A DNA stretch of 64,000 nt from Acidobacteriota bacterium (lineage in GTDB: Bacteria; Acidobacteriota; Vicinamibacteria; Marinacidobacterales; Marinacidobacteraceae): assembly GCA_028877265.1 (NCBI GenBank), contig JAPPGX010000191.1:66144-130143 (forward strand), in the 5' to 3' direction. A program made the translations under genes and the position numbers. The notes beneath the pieces are model-generated. The model did no database searches. It was not told where the DNA came from and saw only the letters and a list, made by a program, of their open reading frames with translations. Below are positions 18,310-26,039 of the stretch, piece by piece; the stretch's first letter is position 1, and each line of letters begins with the position of its first letter.

Positions 18310-18462
18310 ATGAGGTCCAATACCAGTTTCTGGCAACGTCTTCCCGGCGCGAATCGCCCCGTCGTCAAGAAGATCGCCGGCGCGGCGTTCCTCTTCTTCC
18401 TGATCAAGGGCCTCGTCTGGCTCGGCGTGATTGCGGCCGGAGCGTGGGCCCTGACGCGGTAG
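18310..18462 (+). CDS. Possible small membrane protein (50 aa) with a C-terminal TM helix
   Basis: MRSNTSFWQRLPGANRPVVKKIAGAAFLFFLIKGLVWLGVIAAGAWALTR. It sits in an otherwise empty 200-bp gap and has no clear RBS, so it is speculative. Confidence 0.25.
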   Translation: MRSNTSFWQRLPGANRPVVKKIAGAAFLFFLIKGLVWLGVIAAGAWALTR

Positions 18463-18469
18463 CCACGAG

Positions 18470-19099
18470 TTGTCGGCCATGACCGGAGGACTCGCGGATC
18501 GCCTCAAGGCGGGGACCGCCGACCAGCACGCTGCGGCGGAGAACCACGTCTTCCAGCAAGACCTGGTCCGGGGCGAGGTTTCGCGCACGGCGCTCGTCGC
18601 GCACCAGTCCGCGATGCTCGATCTCGTCCGCCTGATCCACGCGCGCCTCCTCGCCCAGGGGCCGGACTGGCAGGACTTCGCCCAGGCCATGGGTGGCCAC
18701 GCCGGGAGGCTGGCCCACGATCTGGAGGAACTCGGCGGCGAATCTCAGGAACGGCCCTCCCGGGCGGTCATGGAGTTCGCCGGTGCGTTGGGCGGCGCGC
18801 GCTGGACTCCGGAAGCGACTCTCGCGGCCTTCTACGTGATCGAGGGCTCCATGAACGGCAACCGTTTCATCCGCCGCGTGCTCGTGGAGAACCGTCCGGA
18901 GCTGGCCGGTTGCCTGCGTTACTTCGATCCCTACGGTCAGGGTCAGCGGGCCCGCTGGAAGGAGTTCCGGAGCGCTATCGACAGGATCGGTGCGACGCTT
19001 TCCGACCCCGAGGCGGCGGTCCGCGCCGCGCGGGAGACGTTCACGCTGGCGGGAACGTTGGCGAGCGAGGCCCAGGCCGCGGACGCGGTAGCCGCCTGA
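18470..19099 (+). CDS. Heme oxygenase (canonical HO-1-type fold)
   Basis: N-terminal LADRLKAGTADQHAAAENHVFQQDLVRGEVSRTALVAHQSAML aligns with the HO-1 proximal-helix block [38 protein letters not shown], including the proximal His. The distal block YVIEGSMNGNRFI corresponds to YTRYLGDLSGGQVL. Confidence 0.8.
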   Translation: MSAMTGGLADRLKAGTADQHAAAENHVFQQDLVRGEVSRTALVAHQSAMLDLVRLIHARLLAQGPDWQDFAQAMGGHAGRLAHDLEELGGESQERPSRAVMEFAGALGGARWTPEATLAAFYVIEGSMNGNRFIRRVLVENRPELAGCLRYFDPYGQGQRARWKEFRSAIDRIGATLSDPEAAVRAARETFTLAGTLASEAQAADAVAA

Positions 19100-19127
19100 G
19101 GCGCCAGGAGACGAAACCCGGGATCCG

Positions 19128-19472
19128 ATGGCCGACTGCTGGATCGCGCTGACGACCCTGTCGAGCCGGGAGCAGGCCGAGCAACTGGCTGAGGCGCTGG
19201 TGGCGGAACGCCTTGCCGCCTGCGTCAACGTGCTCGGACCGGTAGCGTCCATCTACCGGTGGGAGGGCAAGGTCGCGCGCGACGAAGAAGTTCTTCTCCT
19301 CATCAAGACCACGAAGACGGGCGTCGCACCGCTGCAGACACGGGTGCTCGAACTCCACCCCTACGACACCCCTGAATTCCTCGCCTTCGAGGTCGGCTCC
19401 GGCTCGGCCGGGTACCTGGACTGGGTGGTGGATTCGGTCGCATCGGCCAGGCCGGACGAAGCGGAACCCTGA
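19128..19472 (+). CDS. cutA: Divalent-cation tolerance protein CutA (CutA1 family)
   Basis: 114 aa. The N-terminal block reads ALTTLSSREQAEQLAEALVAERLAACVNVLGPVASIYRWEGKV and the C-terminal block reads LLIKTTKTGVAPLQTRVLELHPYDTPEFLAFEV. This matches the CutA1 fold pattern. Confidence 0.85.
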   Translation: MADCWIALTTLSSREQAEQLAEALVAERLAACVNVLGPVASIYRWEGKVARDEEVLLLIKTTKTGVAPLQTRVLELHPYDTPEFLAFEVGSGSAGYLDWVVDSVASARPDEAEP

Positions 19473-19572
19473 CCCTGGGCCGCGCGGCGGCGCGCGCTGC
19501 CGCGCCCGGCGGCAACGCATTTGCGCCGGCCCCCCGCCGCGACCCATATTCAGTCTGCGGGAGGCGACGGAC

Positions 19573-22458
19573 ATGAGGCATGGTCGGACGGGGGCTCTTT
19601 CGGTATGGCCGCTTGCCGCGGCACTCGGTTGCGCGCTGCTGCCGGCGCTTGCCTGCACTCCGGACCAGGCCCCGCGAACGAGGCTGCTCATGGACGACGG
19701 GTGGCGCTTCTTTCGGGGCCGGGCGGAGGGATTCGTGCCGCTGCCTCAGGGGAATTCCGTCGAGACCTGGCGATTCCGGATGAGCGAGGCGGGGGAAGCG
19801 GAAGCGGAAACCCTGGCGGCGCCGGGGCTCGACGTCTCCGGTTGGCCGGAAGCGGCCCCGGGCGACGATGTGTTCGCGGGACAGCCGGGATTCGCCTGGT
19901 TCCGGGCGGAACTCGGTGCGCTGCCGCCGGGGCCCACCGGCCGGCCCCGGATCTACTTCCAGTCGGTGGACGACAACGCCACCGTGTACCTGAACGGCAA
20001 CCGTCTGGTGTACCACGAGGGTGCCGGGGCGCCCTTCGAGGTCACCCTGGACTCCGGTCAGGCCTGGAACCCGGGTGGGCCCAACGCGTTGGCGGTGCTG
20101 GTGGAGAACACCGGCGGCTCCGGCGGCATCGCGGGCGCCTCCTACTACAACCGGCCGGCCCATTGGCAAGACGACCCGGCAATGCGGTCGGCCCCTACGG
20201 CGGCGCCGGACTTCGACGACAGCGGCTGGGAGGAGGTCCGCGTTCCCCACGACTTCGTGGTGGGCGGCGAATTCGATCCCAGGGGGGCCGACAAGCCCGG
20301 CGGGAAGCGTCCCGGCTTCAACGAGCTCTGGTACGACCGGGACCATGGTTACAAGCCGAAGGGCGTCGGCTGGTACCGCCGGTCTTTCGACCTTCCGGCG
20401 GCCGACCGGGGAAAACGGATCTGGCTCGAGTTCGACGGGGTGTACCGGAACAGCGATGTGTGGGTGAACGGGGAGTGGCTCGGCCACCACTGGAGCGGCT
20501 ACACCGGGTTCCACTACGACATCACGGACGTGGCCGATTTCGGCGGCCGGAACGTCGTCGCGGTCCGCGCTGACGCGGACTGGGACGAGGGCTGGTGGTA
20601 CGAGGGCGGGGGCATCTACCGTCATGTCTGGCTGACCAAGCTGGACCCGCTGCACGTCGGGCGCTGGGGCACCTTCGTAACCACGCCGGAGGTGACGGAC
20701 GAATCGGCCCTGGTGCAGGTCGAGACCACCCTCGTCAATGACGGGGCCGTGCCGGCGGACGGCGCGCTCCGGATCGCGCTGATCGACGCGGAGGGCACCA
20801 CGGTCGCGACCACGGACACCACCGGCACTGTTCCCGCCCGGGGTGAGCTGGAGTTTCGCCAGGAGCTGGCGATCGAGGATCCGACGCTCTGGTCCCTGGA
20901 CGACCCCTACCTCTACACCGTGCAGACCACCGTGGAGGCGGGCGGACGGGTCACGGACCAGACCGGGACGCCGTTCGGCGTGCGGACGTTCCGCTTCGGC
21001 GGAGACGGTTTCTTCCTGAACGGCGAACACGTGAAGATCAACGGCGCCAACCTCCACACCGACTTTGCCGGGGTGGGAGTGGCCCTCCCGGACCGGATCA
21101 ACGTCTACCGGCTCGAGAAGCTCAGGGAGATGGGAGCGAACGCCATCCGCACCTCGCACAACCCGCCCGCGGCCGAGGTACTGGACGCGGCGGACCGGCT
21201 CGGGATGCTGGTGCTCGTCGAAAACCGACACATGGGCACTTCGGACGACGTGATCGGTGACGTCGAGAGCATGGTGCGGCGAGACCGGAACCATCCGAGC
21301 GTCATCGGCTGGAGCATGAACAACGAGGGCCTGCGGCAGGGTCCCGAGGTGGCCGGCGAGCAGCTGCGGGCGATGCACGCCGCGATCAAGCGGCTGGACC
21401 CCACCCGGCCCACGACGGGGAGCGTGGGTCCGCTGACCGGCGCCACTTCTCCCGACGAGATCGGGACGGAGCGGAATCTCATCAGCCTGGCGGAGGTCAT
21501 CGATGCCCGGGGGTTCGATCCGGCCAACTACGACGAGTACCACGCCGCCAACCCGGACCGGCCCATGCTGGCCCTCGAGGCCGGCTACGACCTCACCACC
21601 CGCGGGGTCTACGTGGACGACGAAGCCAGGGGCCACCACAGCTCCTATGACACCTCGGCAGCGGAGACGTGGGGACGGATCGCGGGGACCGACTACGTCT
21701 CGGGAGGTTTCGTCTGGAACGGAATGGATTACCGGGGCGAGCCGTTCCCCTTCGACTGGCCGGTCGTCACCGCCCAGTACGGCTTCATGGACACCTGCGG
21801 CTTCCCGAAGGACAACTACTACTACTACCGGTCCGCCTGGAGCTCGGACCCGCTCGTCCACCTGTTCCCGCACTGGAATGCGCCGCCCACCGCAGATGAC
21901 GGGACCGTGGAGGTCCGGTCCTTCAACAACTGCGAAGCCGTCGAACTGTTCCTCAACGGGGAGAGCCAGGGCCTGAAGGACCGCGAGCCCTACTCGGGCC
22001 TCTCGTGGGAGGTCCCGTGGGAGCCCGGGTCGCTCACGGCGACCTGTTACCGGGACGGGGAAGCCGTGGCGGAGACCCGGCGCGAGACCACCGGCGAGCC
22101 GGCCGGAATCGTGCTGGAGCCGGACCGGTCAACCATCCATGCGGATGGCGAAGACGTGTCGCTGGTCAAGGTCCTGATCGTGGATTCGGAGGGTCGGAAC
22201 GTCCCCACCGCCGGCAACGAGGTTCAGTTCCGGGTGGACGGACCGGGAGAGATCATCGGGGTGGGGAATGGCGATCCGTCGAGCCACGAGCCGGACCTGG
22301 CTGAGAGCCGCCGTGCGTTCAACGGCTTGGCCCTCGTCATCGTCCAGGCATCCAGGGAGCCCGGGACGATCCGCCTGATCGCGGAGTCGCCGGGGCTCGA
22401 GACCACCGCCGTCGAGATCACCGCGGCAACGGCGCCGATCCGCCCCCGCGTGCCGTAG
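19573..22458 (+). CDS. Glycoside hydrolase family 2 (beta-galactosidase/beta-mannosidase/glucuronidase-like), secreted
   Basis: It has a signal peptide. It has the GH2 TIM-barrel blocks IRTSHNPPAAEVLDAADRLGMLVLVE and SVIGWSMNNEG (acid/base NE). The sugar-binding N-terminal region includes the DDGWRF... motif. Confidence 0.8.
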   Translation: MRHGRTGALSVWPLAAALGCALLPALACTPDQAPRTRLLMDDGWRFFRGRAEGFVPLPQGNSVETWRFRMSEAGEAEAETLAAPGLDVSGWPEAAPGDDVFAGQPGFAWFRAELGALPPGPTGRPRIYFQSVDDNATVYLNGNRLVYHEGAGAPFEVTLDSGQAWNPGGPNALAVLVENTGGSGGIAGASYYNRPAHWQDDPAMRSAPTAAPDFDDSGWEEVRVPHDFVVGGEFDPRGADKPGGKRPGFNELWYDRDHGYKPKGVGWYRRSFDLPAADRGKRIWLEFDGVYRNSDVWVNGEWLGHHWSGYTGFHYDITDVADFGGRNVVAVRADADWDEGWWYEGGGIYRHVWLTKLDPLHVGRWGTFVTTPEVTDESALVQVETTLVNDGAVPADGALRIALIDAEGTTVATTDTTGTVPARGELEFRQELAIEDPTLWSLDDPYLYTVQTTVEAGGRVTDQTGTPFGVRTFRFGGDGFFLNGEHVKINGANLHTDFAGVGVALPDRINVYRLEKLREMGANAIRTSHNPPAAEVLDAADRLGMLVLVENRHMGTSDDVIGDVESMVRRDRNHPSVIGWSMNNEGLRQGPEVAGEQLRAMHAAIKRLDPTRPTTGSVGPLTGATSPDEIGTERNLISLAEVIDARGFDPANYDEYHAANPDRPMLALEAGYDLTTRGVYVDDEARGHHSSYDTSAAETWGRIAGTDYVSGGFVWNGMDYRGEPFPFDWPVVTAQYGFMDTCGFPKDNYYYYRSAWSSDPLVHLFPHWNAPPTADDGTVEVRSFNNCEAVELFLNGESQGLKDREPYSGLSWEVPWEPGSLTATCYRDGEAVAETRRETTGEPAGIVLEPDRSTIHADGEDVSLVKVLIVDSEGRNVPTAGNEVQFRVDGPGEIIGVGNGDPSSHEPDLAESRRAFNGLALVIVQASREPGTIRLIAESPGLETTAVEITAATAPIRPRVP

Positions 22459-22696
22459 GGAACGCCGGTCTTCAGACCGGCACCGCTGCGCGAGAGCGCA
22501 GCGAAACCGCGACTCTGTACCGCGCGGTATGGCGCCCACGGCTTGGAACGCCGGCTTCAGCCGGCACAGCCCGCCGAAGGCGGGCGGCGAGACCTCATTC
22601 GCCGGGATGGCGCGGCTGCGCACGCCAATCCACCAGGGGTAGCGAAGAACCGCCCGCGGCCCTGCGGGCCGCTGTGCCGGCTGAAGCCGGCGTTCC
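22459..22696. repeat. Cluster of three REP-like palindromic units (about 26-28 bp; consensus GGAACGCCGG-yTTCAG-mCCGGCAC-mGC) between convergent genes
   Basis: Copy 1 is 22459-22486 (GGAACGCCGGTCTTCAGACCGGCACCGC). Copy 2 is 22545-22570 (GGAACGCCGGCTTCAGCCGGCACAGC). Copy 3 is 22671-22696 and is the exact reverse complement of copy 2 (GCTGTGCCGGCTGAAGCCGGCGTTCC). Copies 2 and 3 form a 26-bp perfect inverted repeat across a 100-bp spacer. Each unit is internally palindromic around GCCGGC. Confidence 0.6.
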
Positions 22697-22753
22697 GGGC
22701 CGGCGCCACCATCACGACTAGGAACGTCTCACCCGGACGCTCCCCGGCCCCGT

Positions 22754-23719
22754 CTACTCCGCGATCCGCACCGCCGCGAGCTGCGCCCGGAGCTCCTCGT
22801 TCCCCGGCGCCTCCACGAACGTGTCGAACTCCAGGAAGTAGTTCCCCGGGTCGTAACCCACAAAGACGGTGACCCGGTCGCTCTCGCTGGTGATTCCGGT
22901 GCGGGAGCGGTAGCCCTCGGCCCTTTCGAGGTGCTCATGCCAGGGCGTCACGTCCTCCACGAAGAAGCTCACCGTCACCGCCTTGTCCTCGGTGAAGGAG
23001 TGCATGCCGCGGGTCGAATCCACCAGGCCGATGAATCCGGCGTAAGAGGTGCGCAGCCCCTTCACCCAGCCCTGGTCCAGGCTCTCGGGGAAGCCGAACG
23101 TCGTCTGGTACCAGTCGAGCATCTCGGGGATGTCCGGGTAGTAGAGCCAGACGATCATGGCCTCGAAACCCATTCCGGGCCCGGCCGCCGCCTCGTTCCC
23201 GCCGAGCGGCTCGGTAGTGTCCAGGATGGGCATCAGGTCCACGTTCTCGGCGTGGGGAAGGAAGCGCTCGAACTCCAGGATGTAGCCGCCGGGATCGAAG
23301 ACCGTGAAGCCGTGATGCGGAGCCTCGGGATCGGCCCCCTCCGCATCGAAGCGGCTCCGGAAGTTCGCGCCCGCGTCGTCGAGCCGCGCCTGCCAGTCCG
23401 CCAGCCGATCCGTGATGAGGGCGAAGGCCACCGTCTTCGGCTCGTCGGCGCTGTGCATCCCTTCGGCCTCGTCCACAAGCGTCAGATACGCGGACTCCGC
23501 GACCTGGAAGATCTTGGCGAACCCGAAGTCGGAGGCGAGCGGGAGTCCGAGCGTGTCGCGATAGAACGCCTCGGCCTCGGCCAGGTCGCTGTAGTAGAGG
23601 AAGGCGTTCTGGGCGAGGATCGGGGGCAGGGGTTCCGCCGGGTCCGCTGGCGCGTCGGCCGTTTCGGGCGGCGCCGAGCAGGCGGCGGCGAGGATCAGGG
23701 CAGGAAGAAGGCGATGCAT
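22754..23719 (-). CDS. Secreted tandem-domain VOC (glyoxalase/bleomycin-resistance/extradiol-dioxygenase) family protein
   Basis: It has a signal/lipobox-like N-terminus (ALILAAACSAPPE). It is two repeats of about 130 aa, each with VOC beta-alpha-beta-beta-beta topology and H/E metal ligands (FYRDTLGL..., GFTVFDPGGYILEF; YQTTFGF..., VFVGYDPGNYFLEF). Confidence 0.65.
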   Translation of the reverse strand: MHRLLPALILAAACSAPPETADAPADPAEPLPPILAQNAFLYYSDLAEAEAFYRDTLGLPLASDFGFAKIFQVAESAYLTLVDEAEGMHSADEPKTVAFALITDRLADWQARLDDAGANFRSRFDAEGADPEAPHHGFTVFDPGGYILEFERFLPHAENVDLMPILDTTEPLGGNEAAAGPGMGFEAMIVWLYYPDIPEMLDWYQTTFGFPESLDQGWVKGLRTSYAGFIGLVDSTRGMHSFTEDKAVTVSFFVEDVTPWHEHLERAEGYRSRTGITSESDRVTVFVGYDPGNYFLEFDTFVEAPGNEELRAQLAAVRIAE

Positions 23720-23765
23720 GGCCCGGAAACTAACACCGGGCTTTCCACCCCGACAACGGGCTCCC

Positions 23766-25433
23766 TCAGGACGGCTTCTCCCAGAGGACCCGGCCTCCCA
23801 CGATCGTCATCTCCACCTCGATGCCGAGCACCGCTTCCGGATCCACGGCGCGCGGATCGTCCGAGAGCACCACCGCGTCGGCGAGCATCCCCGGCGCCAG
23901 CGTGCCCTTGACGTCTTCCTCCCGGGTCACGAAGGCGCCGTTCCGGGTGTAGCCGATCAGCGCCTCCTCCATGGAGATCGCCTCGTCCGGGCCGTACACC
24001 TCCCCGGACATGCCCTTGCGCGTGGTCGCGGCGTAAAGCCCCACCATCGGACCGATGGGAAGGATGTCGCTGGAAAGGACCATGAACACCCCCCGGTCCA
24101 TCGCCGAGCGGACCGGGTTGTTCCGTTCCACCCGGTAGCCGTCCAGGTATTCACGGTAGCGCCCCTCGAGGGTGTAGGTGAAGTTGGGCTGCTGGATGAT
24201 CAGGATCCCGAGGTCCGCCATCCGGTCCAGCGTCTCGTCGGACGGCGGCACGGTGAAGTGGTTCAGGGCGTGACGGTGGTCCGGCCGGGGCACCTCCGCC
24301 AGCGCTTCGGCGAAGGCGTCCACCGCCAGCTCGATCGCCGCGTCACCGATCGCGTGGAACGCGAACTGCCAGCCCATTGCGTGCGCCTCGCGGACGATCT
24401 CGCGGAACTCCGCCTCCGGACGCACGAGGCTGCCGCGGTAGGTCTCCTCGCCCCGGTAAGGCTCCTTGGTGAAGGCCGCCGGCCCGGTGAAGCCCCCGTC
24501 CACGAAGACCTTCAGCGGGCCCACCCGCAGACGCTCGTCGCCCTCGCCGCTCAGCCGGCCGAACGCCTCCATCGCCTCAGTCCCCGCCCAGCGGATCTGC
24601 ACGGCGGCGCGGGGCAGCTCTTCTCCGAACTCGGCGTAGACCGATTCCCATTCCCCGAAGCCCGAGGGCGCCACGCCGGCGTGCACGATGCTCGTGATTC
24701 CGAGGCGCAGCAGGTCGCGGAGCGCGCCGACGAAGCTCTCCCGGAGCTCCTCCGGCGTCGCGTCGGGGACGAGCCGGGAGACGAGGTCCTGCCGTTCCCG
24801 GATGACGCCGTTCAACTCGCCGTCGGGTCCGCGCTCGATGACCCCGCCGTCCGGCTGCGGCGTGCTCCGGTCCACGCCCGCGAGCGACAGCGCGAGGCTC
24901 GACGCCACCGCGCTGTGGCCGCCCGCCCGGGTGAGGATGACCGGGTTCTCGGGAGCGGCGGCGTCGAGGTCCGCCCGGAGCGGCCGCCGCTGCTCCCGGA
25001 CCTCGTCCTCCGACCAGCCGTAGCCGGTGATCCATTCGCCGGGCCCGAGTTCGTCGGCCTTGGCCGCCACCACGTCCTGGAGTTCCTCGATCGAGGAGAG
25101 GCCGCCGAGTGGGATGTGACGCCGCGCGCGGCCGCGGATGTGAATGTGCGCGTCGTTGAACCCGGGCATGGCGGTGCGTCCGGCCAGGTCGACTTCGCGG
25201 TCCACCGCATACTGGTCGCGGAGCTCGTCACCGCCCACGGCCAGTACCCTGCCGTCGCGTACGGCGAGCGCGGTCCCCGTCGTCTCCGCCTCGTCGAGCA
25301 CCAGGACGGTCCCGGAGTGGAGCAGCAGGTCGGCCGGTTCCGGGGAGCTGCAGGCCACTGGAGTGGCGGCGGCTACGCAACCGAGAGCGGCCAGCCGCAG
25401 CAGCGTGGAACCCGCTGCCGGTTTCCGCCTCAC
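23766..25433 (-). CDS. Secreted metal-dependent amidohydrolase (Amidohydro_3 family)
   Basis: GTG start overlaps the upstream stop (GTGA). It has a signal/lipobox. It carries the HIHIRG and PGFNDAHIH metal-binding motif, the internal block HAIGDAAIELAVDAFAEA and a C-terminal beta-sandwich, consistent with the Amidohydro_3 fold. Confidence 0.8.
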   Translation of the reverse strand: MRRKPAAGSTLLRLAALGCVAAATPVACSSPEPADLLLHSGTVLVLDEAETTGTALAVRDGRVLAVGGDELRDQYAVDREVDLAGRTAMPGFNDAHIHIRGRARRHIPLGGLSSIEELQDVVAAKADELGPGEWITGYGWSEDEVREQRRPLRADLDAAAPENPVILTRAGGHSAVASSLALSLAGVDRSTPQPDGGVIERGPDGELNGVIRERQDLVSRLVPDATPEELRESFVGALRDLLRLGITSIVHAGVAPSGFGEWESVYAEFGEELPRAAVQIRWAGTEAMEAFGRLSGEGDERLRVGPLKVFVDGGFTGPAAFTKEPYRGEETYRGSLVRPEAEFREIVREAHAMGWQFAFHAIGDAAIELAVDAFAEALAEVPRPDHRHALNHFTVPPSDETLDRMADLGILIIQQPNFTYTLEGRYREYLDGYRVERNNPVRSAMDRGVFMVLSSDILPIGPMVGLYAATTRKGMSGEVYGPDEAISMEEALIGYTRNGAFVTREEDVKGTLAPGMLADAVVLSDDPRAVDPEAVLGIEVEMTIVGGRVLWEKPS

Positions 25434-26011
25434 TGCTGGATTTCCACCTCGGCGGCCTCCCCGAGCCCGAGATAGATCCGGACCCGGACCAGTTCACTCC
25501 CCCGGACCCGGAAGAACGCGGCTCCCGGGATGTACCAACGGGTCCCGTCGTCGAGGCGGGTCGCGGCGATCGTGAACTGAGCCGCGATCAGCGGCCCTCC
25601 CCACGGCCCTTCCGCCTCGGCCCAGACGGTTTCGGAGACCTCGGTGGCGGTCGCCACCTCGGGACGGATGGAATGGTCCTTCCACTCTCCCAGCAGCCGG
25701 TCCACCAGCAGCCCGACCTTTTCGCGCCCCCAGTAGGTCGCGGATCCCCGCTGGTGGTCCCCGGCCGGACCCTGAATGTGGAGCGCGTCCTCCGCGTAGA
25801 GGGCGAGAAGCGCCGCCCGGCTCTCCTCGCTGCCGTCCAGAGCGTCCACCAGCCGGAACCACCGTTCCGCCAGTTCCCGCCCGCCGGGTTCGGCTTCGCC
25901 GTCCTGGGCGCTGCCGACTGCCGCGGGCGGCGCCCATCCCAGGGTCAGTAGCACGATTCCGGCCGCCAATCTCGGGAAAACGCGGGGCCGGCGACTCACG
26001 AATCGGAGCAT
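25430..26011 (-). CDS. Hypothetical secreted protein, NTF2-like/SnoaL-like fold suspected
   Basis: ATG at 26011 (the track's first start is TTG at 26029). It has a signal peptide (RLAAGIVLLTLGWAPPAAVGSAQ), is about 190 aa, and has an alpha+beta pattern. It is translationally coupled to the amidohydrolase. Confidence 0.45.
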   Translation of the reverse strand: MLRFVSRRPRVFPRLAAGIVLLTLGWAPPAAVGSAQDGEAEPGGRELAERWFRLVDALDGSEESRAALLALYAEDALHIQGPAGDHQRGSATYWGREKVGLLVDRLLGEWKDHSIRPEVATATEVSETVWAEAEGPWGGPLIAAQFTIAATRLDDGTRWYIPGAAFFRVRGSELVRVRIYLGLGEAAEVEIQQ

Positions 26012-26039
26012 ACCGCCGCGCGCCGGCAACCCAGTCCGT

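Noticed and set aside
19303-21873. 856-aa minus-strand ORF antisense to the GH2 gene
   Set aside because: It is antisense and Arg/Gly/Val/Pro-rich. The GH2 frame has catalytic NEG/NEP motifs.
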